A stretch of 64,000 bases of DNA from Promethearchaeota archaeon (GTDB lineage: Archaea; Asgardarchaeota; Lokiarchaeia; Sigyniarchaeales; SOKP01), in assembly GCA_019058445.1 (NCBI GenBank), contig JAHPZA010000003.1, forward strand, positions 160,001 through 224,000, in the 5' to 3' direction. Both the position numbers and the translations under genes were made by a program. Under the pieces are notes generated by a model. That model saw nothing but the letters and a program-made list of their open reading frames with translations, was not told where the DNA came from and did not search any database. Below, piece after piece: positions 49,702 through 60,699 of this stretch. Within the stretch, counting starts at the first letter, position 1; every line of letters begins with the position of its first letter.

Positions 49702-52149
49702 TTAAAATTTATCGAATTCAGTTCGATTAATAATATCATCCTGAAGACTTCTGCTAAGATCTATAAAACGAGCAGAGTAGCCCGAGACTTTAACTGATAA
49801 ATCTTTATAATTTTCAGGATGGGCTTGTGCATCCCTCAGTGTATCAGAATCTATAGGATTAATTTGAATCTCCTTTCCGCCTAATTCAAAATAAGCTTCA
49901 ATTATAGAAGCCAATCTATCTACACCTTCATCTGTTTCAATTATACTTGGGGATATTCTTACATTCATAGCTAATCCATCGGTTATGAGGGGTTGACCTG
50001 CTTTTGTTGCTGAGAGGAGCGCCATAGTAAGACCGCTACGATCTGTACCATTAACAGGAGAAAGACCATTGGAAACAGGTTCACCAGCTTTTCTTCCATC
50101 GGGAGTTGCTCCTAGATTTCTACCCTCAATAACTTGGGATCCTGCAGCAGACACAAAACTAGAACGATATATGCCTTTACCTCCTCTCACATGATATTTT
50201 CTAGTAATTTCAGTAAAAATTTCCGCAACCCATTTCGCAAGGTTATCTACTCTTTCATCACCATTACCATATTTAGGAGCTTTATTAAGTAATTGTTCCC
50301 TGAGCGCCCTCGCTCCCTTAAAATTATTTCGGAGGTGTTTTACTAATTCTCCCATTGTGAGTAATTTTTCTTCAAAAACAGCCCATTCTATTGCTGCCAA
50401 TGAATTTGCCACTGTTCCTAAAGCTTGTCCATTCATACAACTATTGTTATAACGTGCCCCGTTTCGTGTTATATCTTGTCCACTCTCTAAACATCCCTCT
50501 ATTGTAGATGAGAGTAATGGTGATGGAAAGCTTTCTGCAAATGCTTTATCCTTTAATTCAGCCATCTTCACAACTCTTTCCACTGCGAAAGAGAGTTGTT
50601 CTACAAAAGCTTTCTTTACATCTTCAAAGGTTTTAAAAACACTGGGATCGGGAGTTTTCGCACCAACTTGGCGTTTTCCTAATAAATGAACACGTCCTTC
50701 ATTTAAAGCCATAGAAAAAACGATTGCCATCCAAATACCATTACCTCCGGTGTAGGAGAAATCATTACCAGTTCCTGTAGGTTCCACACAACCTACTATT
50801 GAATAGTCGCGGGCATCTTCTAGTGAATACCCATCTTCAATAAATTGTTCTACAATCATATCGTCATTGTGAATGCCAATTCCCCCCGTATATCGGTGTA
50901 TTTCACAAGCTCTGAGCAGAAAATCACGAGGAGTTTTTGAAGAGATTCTGATTGATAAGGAATTCAATAAACTTTTAACATTTGCAGTTGCTTCGAGAAA
51001 AAGGTAAGATATTTCATTTGTAGCGTCTTGTCCATCATGTCCGAGCCCACCAATTGTTATATTATTCTGACCTGCTATCACGACCGAAGCTAGCTTAACT
51101 AAATATTCCTCAATGGCTTCTAAGCATTTTTCATTGGTTATCTGCCCCTCGGCTATATCAGAAATATAATAAGGGTACAGATATTGATCTACTCGACCTT
51201 GAGAAAAAACATTCCCATCTCCATAACTCATTTCCATAACAACATTCGTCATCCATATCGATTGAAGAGCCTCCATGAAATTTCTTGGAGGATAAGCAGG
51301 TACTTGTCTTGTGCGTTCAACTATTTCTAATAGTTCAGCTCGTCTTTCTTTATTTGCTTTTTCGGCCATTTTCATGGCGAGATCTGCATAGCGATTAGAA
51401 TAATTACAAACTGCTCTCGCAACCACCTGAACTGACTCATAAAAATCCTTGCGTTGTTCGTAATCTTTATCATCTTCTTTAAGTTTCTCAAGTTCTATTC
51501 TAGCTTTCTCCTCAATTCCTTTAAAACCCATTTTAAGAACTCTTCTAAAACCTGGAATAGTATGTCCCTGACCATCAAAAAGCAATGTATAAGTATCGGG
51601 AATACCGGTCAAGAATGTATTAAAAATTCGAGCCATAGGTCCTCTATAATCCTTGTATAAACCTGCTTCCTTTAAAAGTTCTATCTTCCGGTCTTTTAAT
51701 GTCTTTCCCTTCCAAAAGGGGATAATCTCATTTTTCAACTCGTGAATCTCTTGCTCTGTTAAAGGAGTAAAACGTTGCATTGCTGTTCCTCTACGTATTA
51801 ATTTTTTAGCTTGCTCCTCAATTGTATCATCCAAAAGCAAATCCCACACAGAAACATGTCTTCCAAGTTCTATTTCGAAAGGATCTGCTCTTATTTTACT
51901 AGATTTTACTCCTACAAGAACTTCATCTTCATCTATTCTTATTGGAATTTTACGCAAAAATTCCTCTAATGCTTTAGCTTTTCTCATACAAGGAGGTGAA
52001 TCTTCCATGGATTTCCATATTCTAGTATAGCATCGTGCTCGCTCAAGATCACACTCAAAAGGGCTATCTAACATTTTATCTCTAATTCTTCGGACCCTCT
52101 CGGATGGTGTTCCTTGAAGTGGTACCATTTTGTAATTTTGAACAACCAT
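49702..52149 (-). CDS. Glycyl radical enzyme (PFL superfamily), substrate unknown
   Basis: GRVDQYL, Cys loop VGCVEP, ATPDGR, Gly loop VKVSGYS. Confidence 0.93.
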   Translation of the reverse strand: MVVQNYKMVPLQGTPSERVRRIRDKMLDSPFECDLERARCYTRIWKSMEDSPPCMRKAKALEEFLRKIPIRIDEDEVLVGVKSSKIRADPFEIELGRHVSVWDLLLDDTIEEQAKKLIRRGTAMQRFTPLTEQEIHELKNEIIPFWKGKTLKDRKIELLKEAGLYKDYRGPMARIFNTFLTGIPDTYTLLFDGQGHTIPGFRRVLKMGFKGIEEKARIELEKLKEDDKDYEQRKDFYESVQVVARAVCNYSNRYADLAMKMAEKANKERRAELLEIVERTRQVPAYPPRNFMEALQSIWMTNVVMEMSYGDGNVFSQGRVDQYLYPYYISDIAEGQITNEKCLEAIEEYLVKLASVVIAGQNNITIGGLGHDGQDATNEISYLFLEATANVKSLLNSLSIRISSKTPRDFLLRACEIHRYTGGIGIHNDDMIVEQFIEDGYSLEDARDYSIVGCVEPTGTGNDFSYTGGNGIWMAIVFSMALNEGRVHLLGKRQVGAKTPDPSVFKTFEDVKKAFVEQLSFAVERVVKMAELKDKAFAESFPSPLLSSTIEGCLESGQDITRNGARYNNSCMNGQALGTVANSLAAIEWAVFEEKLLTMGELVKHLRNNFKGARALREQLLNKAPKYGNGDERVDNLAKWVAEIFTEITRKYHVRGGKGIYRSSFVSAAGSQVIEGRNLGATPDGRKAGEPVSNGLSPVNGTDRSGLTMALLSATKAGQPLITDGLAMNVRISPSIIETDEGVDRLASIIEAYFELGGKEIQINPIDSDTLRDAQAHPENYKDLSVKVSGYSARFIDLSRSLQDDIINRTEFDKF

Positions 52150-52170
52150 AATATATATTTAGTTTTTTTA

Positions 52171-52200
52171 ATATTTAAATCTACATAGTAGACTTATTTA
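52171..52200 (-). promoter_or_regulatory. Palindromic operator plus TATA box of the GRE gene
   Basis: 27/30 identical to 53073..53102 in inverted orientation; core TCTAC-N3-GTAGA overlapping TTTAAATA. Confidence 0.8.
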
Positions 52201-52227
52201 TAAATTATAATTTTAATATATTTATTT

Positions 52228-52956
52228 TTATTTATCTTCATCCAACATCAAATTGGGATTAGTTAATAGCGCTTGGATTTTTCTTAAAGTATATTCTCGA
52301 AATTCCTTGCTTGTGAAAGTTTGAGTTCCAAATTGGAGTCGCTCGTCTATTTCCTTTCCCGTTTTATCAATGGTATTTTCAATATCCCGCATAGCCTTTT
52401 CCACTAGAGTTGCACCTAATATTATACTAAATAAATAGAATGATAGTAATGCAGCATTGTTATCTTTAATCTCATGTTTATCAATGCCTTTTTGAATTAA
52501 CTGAGTCGTTCTGTCTAGAAAGTTAAATTGTTTATATTCTTTTTCAAACGGTCCTACTTTTTTCGATGGAGGGGAAGGAATAACATGCATCATTCTAAAA
52601 GCAGCAAAATCTTTTTCTGCAAATTCAAAAAAGTGTTCAGAAATTATCAATAATAACTTTACGATTGAACCACTAAAATTCTTAATCATTTCTCGGTTTT
52701 CATTCCGATATTGTTCATAAAACTTTTTCCTTATCGCAATCCATAGTTCTCGTTTACTTTCCACATAATTATAAAGATTATTAGGATCCATTTTTAATCT
52801 TTTTGCTAATCCACGCATACTAAAACCATCTCGACCTTTTTCAAGAAATAATTGCTTCCCTACTTCCAAAATATTATCAAATTTTTGAGCTTTCTTTTCA
52901 GGCGATCTATGTCTTGTTTTTTTCCTTTTATTTGAATCTGCTTTTTTGCCAACCAT
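52228..52956 (-). CDS. TetR/AcrR family regulator
   Basis: ILEVGKQLFLEKG...FSMRGLAKRL...LYNYVESKREL. Confidence 0.92.
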   Translation of the reverse strand: MVGKKADSNKRKKTRHRSPEKKAQKFDNILEVGKQLFLEKGRDGFSMRGLAKRLKMDPNNLYNYVESKRELWIAIRKKFYEQYRNENREMIKNFSGSIVKLLLIISEHFFEFAEKDFAAFRMMHVIPSPPSKKVGPFEKEYKQFNFLDRTTQLIQKGIDKHEIKDNNAALLSFYLFSIILGATLVEKAMRDIENTIDKTGKEIDERLQFGTQTFTSKEFREYTLRKIQALLTNPNLMLDEDK

Positions 52957-53072
52957 TATTATCCAAGAACCTTACAAAACTTTTAATTGTATTTAATCAA
53001 TTTAAAAAATATTTATTCCTCAATCTAGATCATTCTTTCTTCAGAATGATAATATAGTAGTAACAAAATTCC

Positions 53073-53102
53073 TAAATAAATCTACTATGTGGATTTAAAT
53101 AA
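53073..53102 (+). promoter_or_regulatory. Second copy of the palindromic operator, between tetR and the flavoprotein gene
   Basis: TAAATAAATCTACTATGTGGATTTAAATAA. Confidence 0.8.
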
Positions 53103-53156
53103 TAAAAAACTTTAGTTGAATTATAAAAAATTTAATTTTGAAATAGTGAGTTATGA

Positions 53157-54719
53157 GTGGTTAATATGGAAAAAATAATTATACCACAAAAAGAAATTGA
53201 TGTACTGGATGATGTGGATGTAATTGTTGTTGGTGGTGGGCCAGCGGGGATTGGCGCAGCTCTGGCATCCGGGCGAAATGGAGCCAAAACAATTTTAGTA
53301 GAAACAATGGGAAGCTTAGGAGGTTTACAAACGCAAGGTTATAGCCCTATTTTTAGTTTTATAGATCCGGGAATACATGGAGGAATCGTGCTAGAGATTC
53401 TTAATCGCCTCAAGGAAGCTGGAGCGTTAAAGAATTTGGAGAATGCACCTTTAAATGTTAGAGCCGAGATGAAAGCACGTTTAATTTCTACTTTAGGAGA
53501 AAAAAATTTACCGAAACGGCTGCTTGAGACCGAGGTAGGTTACTGGGGAGCTTGGGGTAAGGCCTTTGACATAGAATATTATAAATTTTTAATGGAGACT
53601 ATGATGGTAGAGGCTGGAGTTGGGATTTTATATCATACATTTGCTACCGATGTAATAAGGGAAGATAATATAATTAAAGGAATTATCATTGAGTCTAAAG
53701 AAGGCACGCAGGCAATTTTAGGGAAATCTGTAATCGATTGTACAGGAGTCGGAGATATTGTTTGGAAATCAGGGACACCTTGCTTAGGCGATGAAGGTGT
53801 TGAAATAGGAAGGCATAAAGGAGATCCTGGCGGAAACCTGAACTCATTCTATATTGGAGGAGTAGATAGGGAGAAGTTTGAGAAATATAAAAAAGAAAAT
53901 AGAGCTGATTGGCGTGGAATGTATGGCGGCAGAGAACTAATTAAGAAAGCAAAGAGGGAGGGTGCTCATATCAAAAGCGAAGCCATGATTGTTGCTGATA
54001 TATTCGATGTATTTGAAAGAGGAAGGCTCTATGTGATGAATCCTGTGCATCGGACTCCCAAAGATAAAAAAGGTTGGATGGTAGGAGAAATAAGTAATGC
54101 TGAGATTGATATGAGGAGACAAGCGTGGGCAGTTTTCACGCTTCTAAAGGAAAACGTACCTGGTTTTGAAAAAGCTTATATTGAGAGAACATCACACATC
54201 CCTGTCATCGGAATCGGACACAGAATAAAAGGAGATTACATCTTAAATGTAGGAGATATGCGAGAAGGTAAATCATTTGAGGATTCTATTGCAATAAACA
54301 ATATGCCACCGGATTTATACGAGCGTGTGGGGCGATTTGGTTACGAAATACTTCCTCATGATATCCCGTATCGTTGTTTAGTATCCAATAAAGTTGAAAA
54401 TCTTCTTGCTGCTGGAACTACACTCTCATCGGGATCGTTTGCGAATAGTGGTTTGAGATATTGTACACCGAGCATCTGTCAGGGACAGGCAGCAGGAACT
54501 GCTGCTGCATTAGCATCCAAAACCAATGTTACTCCAAAAAATATTGATATAAAACTCTTACAAGACACTTTACGCGAGCAAGGTGTAATAGTAACAGTTA
54601 AAGATGTACCAAAGGAAATTCTTGAACCGTATAAGCTTATCAAAAAGCTGAAGATTTATGTCAAAAGACAGGACGTCAGAGAAATGGCAGCAACTGAAGA
54701 AGAAATTGCTCAGTTTTAA
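53157..54719 (+). CDS. FAD-dependent oxidoreductase (FAD_oxidored family)
   Basis: VGGGPAG, IDCTG-x-GD, IPYRCL, GQAAGTAAAL. Confidence 0.88.
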   Translation: MVNMEKIIIPQKEIDVLDDVDVIVVGGGPAGIGAALASGRNGAKTILVETMGSLGGLQTQGYSPIFSFIDPGIHGGIVLEILNRLKEAGALKNLENAPLNVRAEMKARLISTLGEKNLPKRLLETEVGYWGAWGKAFDIEYYKFLMETMMVEAGVGILYHTFATDVIREDNIIKGIIIESKEGTQAILGKSVIDCTGVGDIVWKSGTPCLGDEGVEIGRHKGDPGGNLNSFYIGGVDREKFEKYKKENRADWRGMYGGRELIKKAKREGAHIKSEAMIVADIFDVFERGRLYVMNPVHRTPKDKKGWMVGEISNAEIDMRRQAWAVFTLLKENVPGFEKAYIERTSHIPVIGIGHRIKGDYILNVGDMREGKSFEDSIAINNMPPDLYERVGRFGYEILPHDIPYRCLVSNKVENLLAAGTTLSSGSFANSGLRYCTPSICQGQAAGTAAALASKTNVTPKNIDIKLLQDTLREQGVIVTVKDVPKEILEPYKLIKKLKIYVKRQDVREMAATEEEIAQF

Positions 54720-54799
54720 AATAAATCTATTTTAAAAATTTTTATTAATTTTTTTAAAAAGCTTCAATTTTACTATATTGCGTCCCAATGTACTTATTT

Positions 54800-56359
54800 T
54801 TAGTAAATATATAGATCTTTCAAATTCATACTCTTAAAATCAAAAACTCGTATAAGATGGTTGTTAGTATCGGCAATATACAAATTATTATTATAATATA
54901 CAACATCATTAGGTTCAAACAGTGGTAATTGATCACAGTTTTTATCTTCTATTTTACAAATCCCTTTTCTTGGCCTATAAATTAGATTAGTCAATTGTTG
55001 TGTCTCCAAATCGGCAATTCTAATTGCATGGTTGTAAGTATCGGCTATATATATCCTCTTCTTTTCTACATCAACGCCAAGTGGATGTTGTAAAAGGGCT
55101 TGATTGAAAGAACCTTCCTTCATTCCGAAGGTGAATAGTCCTTTTCCGATTAACGTTTCAACTCGCTTGTTTTTAAGATCGATAAACCTTAATCCAGAGA
55201 CTTCACTATCTGCAAAGTATAACCTATGATTCTCTTTATCTAATGCTAAACCACTTGGTTGGGCTAATGCAGCTTCAGATAGGTTTCCATCTATGATATC
55301 TTCCCTTCCACTCCCCGCGAAATCTCTAATGGTGCTTTCATCTAAATTAATTCTCCATATTTGATGAGTACCTGCCATAGCAATATAAAGAAAGTGCTCC
55401 TTAATAGCTAAATCCCATGGAGAACTCAAGGCAATGTTTAAAGGATCTCCTTTGTATTTCCTAATGAAACCTTGTATTCCAGTTCCGGCAATGGTTTTCA
55501 CGATGTTAGTTTTAAAATTTATTTCTCTTATTGCGTGATTTTCAGTGTCAGCTACATATAACTTATTTTCTTTATAAACAATCCCTTGGGGTAAATTAAA
55601 TTGAGCCTCGTCAAATTTACCATCCTTAAAACCCTTTTGGCCTTTCCCAATAATATCCAGAATTTTCCCAGTGTCATCCTCCTCTAATTGGACTCTTAAG
55701 ATCCTATTATGGTTGGAATCGCTTATATAAAGGTGATTTTTTTCGGGATTCACTGTAATTTTTCCGGGAAATTTAAGAAATGACTCAATAAAAATATCAG
55801 GTTGAATTTCATATTTCTGGCTTGAAATCGTTCCGTCCTTTTTACCCTTATCTAAAGCCCTGCTAATGAAACTATCTAAGAGATCTGTTTTTCCTTCACC
55901 AGCAGCTCTTCCAATAATTTTTCCATCTGTGTCAATAACTATAAAGGATGGCCAAGCGTTGATTTTATATCCACGCCATAATACTAAATCATTATCAATC
56001 AGTACCGGATGTTTAATTTCATAGCGGGATACAGCTGAACGAATGTTATTTTTATCTTTCTCATTATTGAATTTGGCCGAATGAACGCCAATAACAACTA
56101 CGGGCTCATCTTTATACTTATCTTCTAAGCATTTCAAATCATTAAGAACGTGAATACAATTAATACAACAGTATGTCCAAAAATCAAGCAAGATAACATG
56201 TCCTTTTAATTTCTTAAGCGATAAAGATTCAGAAGTATTGATCCATTCTACTTTGTCTGGAAAGTTTATAGCTTCTACAGACATAGCGTTTTTCAATCCT
56301 TTTATCATATTTTTCAAATTTTCTGTCATTTTTTTTTCAAAATCACTCAAATTACCCAC
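54800..56359 (-). CDS. Thioredoxin-like + NHL repeat protein (NHLRC2/SOQ1-like)
   Basis: DFWTYCCINC, GVHSAKF, AWP, repeated YxAD-x-x-NH-x-IR, AGTHQIW. Confidence 0.92.
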   Translation of the reverse strand: MGNLSDFEKKMTENLKNMIKGLKNAMSVEAINFPDKVEWINTSESLSLKKLKGHVILLDFWTYCCINCIHVLNDLKCLEDKYKDEPVVVIGVHSAKFNNEKDKNNIRSAVSRYEIKHPVLIDNDLVLWRGYKINAWPSFIVIDTDGKIIGRAAGEGKTDLLDSFISRALDKGKKDGTISSQKYEIQPDIFIESFLKFPGKITVNPEKNHLYISDSNHNRILRVQLEEDDTGKILDIIGKGQKGFKDGKFDEAQFNLPQGIVYKENKLYVADTENHAIREINFKTNIVKTIAGTGIQGFIRKYKGDPLNIALSSPWDLAIKEHFLYIAMAGTHQIWRINLDESTIRDFAGSGREDIIDGNLSEAALAQPSGLALDKENHRLYFADSEVSGLRFIDLKNKRVETLIGKGLFTFGMKEGSFNQALLQHPLGVDVEKKRIYIADTYNHAIRIADLETQQLTNLIYRPRKGICKIEDKNCDQLPLFEPNDVVYYNNNLYIADTNNHLIRVFDFKSMNLKDLYIY

Positions 56360-56392
56360 ATCTCCTACATTTGAATTTAAAATTTATAAAAT

Positions 56393-58504
56393 TTATTGTG
56401 AATTCCATTTTGAATTCAACAATTCCAGCATTTTATTTATCTGATTTGTGGCAGGTTTACATGTTTGATTGATACAAACGTAAGCCGCGGTTTTACCATC
56501 AACTTTTTCGTAATACTTCGCGAATTCTGCGATATCTATAATTTCTGGGGATGATTGGTTAGTGGGAAGAAAGATTAAAGATTTATTTGGGATAAATTTC
56601 TCTCTAATTGCGTTGAGCATCTCCTTAGTATCCTCACTGGTTGTATCTCCAGCAATCACCAAAGTATATGTAGGACCTACTGCAAAATCAATCGCGACCA
56701 TCAAATAACTATAAGCGGAAGTATTATTATTTACACTTTCAGCAAAAACTCTACTCAAATAATCTGCTTTTTGTTCTAAATCATGATTCCATGTTAATTG
56801 AGCTAGTTTAAGCAAATTTAGCATAGATACAGAATTCCCCGAAGGGATCGCTCCGTCATAAATATCTTTTTGTCTAACTAAAAGTTGCTCTCCATCATCG
56901 GCAGTAAAAAAGAACCCTCCAATATTATTGTCCCAAAAGTGGTCAATTTGAGCTTTATTTAATTCTATGGCAGTTTTTAAATAAAAATTATCAAAAGTGC
57001 TTTCATACAGTTCAAGTAAACCCCATATAAAAAAGGCATAATCATCTAAATAAGCATCAATTTCTTTACTACCATTACGATATCTATGGAGCAACCGCCT
57101 ATTGGGTTTACGTAAGTTGGCTAGAATAAATTTAGCCGCTTTTTCAGCCGCTTTTAAATATAATGGTTCGCATAATATTTCCGCTCCCCTCGCTAATGCA
57201 GCAATCATTAATCCATTCCAATCAGTTAAAATCTTATCATCTTTATGTGGATGAATTCTTTTCACACGGATATTAAAAAGCTTTGCTCGAAATTCTTCCA
57301 ATTTAACTCGAAGATCTTGCTCCTCAAAATTTAACTCTTTTGCTAAACTACTTAATGATTCCTTAAGATGTAAAATATTTGACCCTGTTTTCTTTTTAGA
57401 AGCTTCTTCTAAATAATTCCCTGCTTCTTCAATATTAAATACTTTTTTTATTAAATCCGCTTCGTCTTTATCAAGAAGATCATCAATTTCTCTCGGAGTC
57501 CATATATAAAATTTACCTTCTTCTCCTTCACTATCGGCATCCTCAGCTGAATAAAATCCTCCTTCTGGGGAAGTCATGTCTCTTAAGATATAAGTAAAAA
57601 TTTCAATAGCAGTTTTACTATAAAATGGATTCTTAGTAGCTTGATATACTTCTAAATAAGCAAGAGCCAATAGTGCATTATCATATAACATTTTCTCGAA
57701 ATGTGGCACTAACCATCTGGCATCAGTAGAATAACGATGAAATCCAAAACCAACATGATCATATATCCCACCATTTCTCATAGCCTGAAGCGTTTTTTCG
57801 ACCATGCGGAGGGCATCTCCATTTCCGGTACGTTTCCAAAATCGTAGCAAGAAAAGGAAATTATGTGGAGTGGGAAATTTTGGAGCGCTTCCAAATCCGC
57901 CATTTTTCTCATCAAAGCGCGATCCAAGGTTATTAAAAGCTTTTTGGAGCGTTTTTTCATCAAGTTTTAGTCCTGGATTCTCAACAGTAATATCTAACAG
58001 AGCAGTAGTAATTTGATCACTTGTTTTATAAATTTCATCTTTTTTATCCCTCCAAAGCTCCTTAACTCTATTAATTAGATCTACTAAACCTACCCTGCCA
58101 AATCTACTTTCTTTTGGAAAATACGTTCCAGCAAAAAAAGGTTTTTTATCAGGGGTCATAATAATAGTAAGTGGCCAGCCACCAGAATTTGTCATTAATT
58201 GGCAGACTGTCATATATATCTTATCTATATCTGGACGCTCCTCTTTGTCAACTTTTATTGAAACAAAAACTTCATTCATAAGTTTCGCAACTTGGGGATC
58301 TTCAAAAGATTCATGGGCCATTACATGACACCAATGGCATGTAGAATAACCAATTGACAGAAATATCGGTTTATTTTCCTCATGAGCTTTTTCAAAAGCT
58401 TCATCACCCCACGGATACCAATTCACAGGATTTTTAGCGTGTTGGAGCAAATAGGGACTTTTCTCATGAGCTAATTTATTTGTAATTGTTTCCATTCTTC
58501 TCAC
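56393..58504 (-). CDS. YyaL/SPATA20 family thioredoxin domain-containing protein
   Basis: SPYLLQHA-x-[37 protein letters not shown]. Confidence 0.95.
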   Translation of the reverse strand: MRRMETITNKLAHEKSPYLLQHAKNPVNWYPWGDEAFEKAHEENKPIFLSIGYSTCHWCHVMAHESFEDPQVAKLMNEVFVSIKVDKEERPDIDKIYMTVCQLMTNSGGWPLTIIMTPDKKPFFAGTYFPKESRFGRVGLVDLINRVKELWRDKKDEIYKTSDQITTALLDITVENPGLKLDEKTLQKAFNNLGSRFDEKNGGFGSAPKFPTPHNFLFLLRFWKRTGNGDALRMVEKTLQAMRNGGIYDHVGFGFHRYSTDARWLVPHFEKMLYDNALLALAYLEVYQATKNPFYSKTAIEIFTYILRDMTSPEGGFYSAEDADSEGEEGKFYIWTPREIDDLLDKDEADLIKKVFNIEEAGNYLEEASKKKTGSNILHLKESLSSLAKELNFEEQDLRVKLEEFRAKLFNIRVKRIHPHKDDKILTDWNGLMIAALARGAEILCEPLYLKAAEKAAKFILANLRKPNRRLLHRYRNGSKEIDAYLDDYAFFIWGLLELYESTFDNFYLKTAIELNKAQIDHFWDNNIGGFFFTADDGEQLLVRQKDIYDGAIPSGNSVSMLNLLKLAQLTWNHDLEQKADYLSRVFAESVNNNTSAYSYLMVAIDFAVGPTYTLVIAGDTTSEDTKEMLNAIREKFIPNKSLIFLPTNQSSPEIIDIAEFAKYYEKVDGKTAAYVCINQTCKPATNQINKMLELLNSKWNSQ

Positions 58505-58516
58505 TATTTAGAAATT

Positions 58517-59077
58517 TTAATCTGAATTATACTCATTAATGTATGCAAATTTATCTAATGATTTTCTAGGAGGTCTTTGTTTTTCTCCTAATTTCATCGC
58601 GTCAGAAAGTACTGGGTTAACTTCATCAGAATGTTTACCTACATTTACAAGAGTAATTAACCTTATTTCATCCGGAATTTTCAGAATTTCTTTAGCTTTT
58701 TCTTCATTGAAACCAGCAATAGGATGTGCCACTAGACCTAATTCGGTTGCCCTTAGGATAATAAATGCCGTTGCCATTCCAGTGTCAAATAAATAATAAC
58801 GACGTTCCCCTATAATACAGTCATGCTCAGGCTTACTAAACACAGCTATGATAAGAGATGCCTTTTCTACCCATTTATTCCCTTTAGATAGAGTTGTAAA
58901 CATTTTTTTTAATTGCTCCTGATCTTTAATAAATACAAAGTTCCAGGGCTGTTTATTACTACATGAAGGGGCTAATTGGGCTTTCTCGGCCAAATCTTTA
59001 ATCAGCTCATCATTTATTTCAATAGGATCGAGGGATCTATACGCTCTCCTATTTTTAATCGCTTCATTCACATTCAT
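58517..59077 (-). CDS. Nitroreductase family protein
   Basis: RRAYR, APSCSNKQPW, DTG-x-A, A-x-x-LGL. Confidence 0.9.
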   Translation of the reverse strand: MNVNEAIKNRRAYRSLDPIEINDELIKDLAEKAQLAPSCSNKQPWNFVFIKDQEQLKKMFTTLSKGNKWVEKASLIIAVFSKPEHDCIIGERRYYLFDTGMATAFIILRATELGLVAHPIAGFNEEKAKEILKIPDEIRLITLVNVGKHSDEVNPVLSDAMKLGEKQRPPRKSLDKFAYINEYNSD

Positions 59078-59309
59078 AAAATCAAATCAAAACCTTTGTG
59101 TATATGTAAGGATTATTTTATAAGATTTCAATAAACTTTTTCTATTATTAATAAAATAAAACTACAAAATATCAATCTACGGCTTATATTCTATTAAAAA
59201 CTGGTATAACTTAATTAACCCTAAAAAGAGCAGATTTAAAATTCTAATAAGTTAAAAATTTAACATTTAAATGTAAATTCTACAGATTTTAAAAGAAAAA
59301 AAAAAAGAA

Positions 59310-59804
59310 TTAAACCATCACAAGTTTTTCACCTAAAACATTCTTAACATCTTCAGCATGTCCTACAACGTTTACTTTTGGCCATATATGTACTATTTTT
59401 CCCTCGGGATCAATAAGAAAAGTGCTTCGAATGACTCCTACAAATTCATTTTCCTTAATTGCAAATTTTCCCCAGACTCCATATTGATTCGATACTTTTT
59501 TCTCTTGGTCGCTTAGTAAAGTAACTTTTAAATTTTTCTTCTGTGCAAATTTAGCATGAGATTTAGGGCTATCTGGACTAATACCTATTACAGTTGCGTC
59601 TAACTTCTGAAATTCAGGTAAAATATTTGTGAAACCTATGGCTTCTGTTGTACATCCAGGAGTATTATCCATGGGATAGAAATACAATATTACGTGCTTT
59701 TTTCCTCTGAAATCCTTTAAACATACTGTTTTGTTTTCTTTATCAGGTAGACAAAATTCAGGGGCATCATCCCCTACTTTTAGATGTGTCTTATCTTCAG
59801 TCAT
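59310..59804 (-). CDS. bcp: Peroxiredoxin, BCP/PrxQ type
   Basis: YFYP-x-D-x-TPGCTTEA, GISPD, RSTFLID. Confidence 0.93.
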   Translation of the reverse strand: MTEDKTHLKVGDDAPEFCLPDKENKTVCLKDFRGKKHVILYFYPMDNTPGCTTEAIGFTNILPEFQKLDATVIGISPDSPKSHAKFAQKKNLKVTLLSDQEKKVSNQYGVWGKFAIKENEFVGVIRSTFLIDPEGKIVHIWPKVNVVGHAEDVKNVLGEKLVMV

Positions 59805-60076
59805 ATTATACTTTCACCTAAGTTGATAATTGTTGATAAACTAGTTAATTTGGATTGATTTATCTAAATAATATCTTTTTTCTCAAAATTTCAATATTAG
59901 CTTTATTATCTATTAATTTTTACTCAATTTCATCTAGAAAAAAATAGATTTAGGAAAAGTTTTCTAATGAATTATAATGTGATTTATAATACCACTCGAA
60001 TTTTCTTGTCTTTTTGAGTCTAAATATTTCTATAAGGTATAATTTTAGTGTAGTAGTAAAAATTTTCAAGATTACA

Positions 60077-60535
60077 CTATCTTTTTTCTAACTTTTGTTT
60101 AAGAACATTATGACGGTGGCGAAATACACGCCTTAAAAACTTCCTAATCAGCTTTGAAGAATGTCGAGGTTTGAATGTTAATTGATCGGTAATCATTGTG
60201 CCTGTCTCAACTTTTTCTATATCCCTCTGATGCCGCCAGAGTTCCATTGAAGTCATGGGGGATTGTTCTATAAATCCCTTGCCTTCTGTATATTCTATGA
60301 GTGTCATGTCGTCATGGCCAATTGGTAGAAACCCAAATAAATAAATATGGCTACGAAATAAAGGTTTTCCTAACTCAAATTTGACATCATTAATAGTCTT
60401 AATACCTTTAGGTGCAGTCATTTTGAAATACGGCATCATTTCTTTTTGTATTCCTTTTAGGGAGGTAATCCATTCCCAAACCTCCTCTATAGGAGCCGAA
60501 ACAATTGTTTGAAACTTTAAATATATGGTATCCAT
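60077..60535 (-). CDS. SRPBCC-fold protein
   Basis: APIEEVWEW...WRHQR...ITDQL...FRHRH. Confidence 0.75.
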   Translation of the reverse strand: MDTIYLKFQTIVSAPIEEVWEWITSLKGIQKEMMPYFKMTAPKGIKTINDVKFELGKPLFRSHIYLFGFLPIGHDDMTLIEYTEGKGFIEQSPMTSMELWRHQRDIEKVETGTMITDQLTFKPRHSSKLIRKFLRRVFRHRHNVLKQKLEKR

Positions 60536-60699
60536 AGAAAGGACCTATTTTAATAAATAATTTACTTAAGAATTTATTTTTTTTCCTAATCTTCAGAGCT
60601 TTAAAGGTTAAATTATTTTGAAACCAACTAAATTTCATCTTGGAAAAAATTGAATCAGGAAACAGAACATAAATCGTTAAAATCTAAATAGGAAATCAA

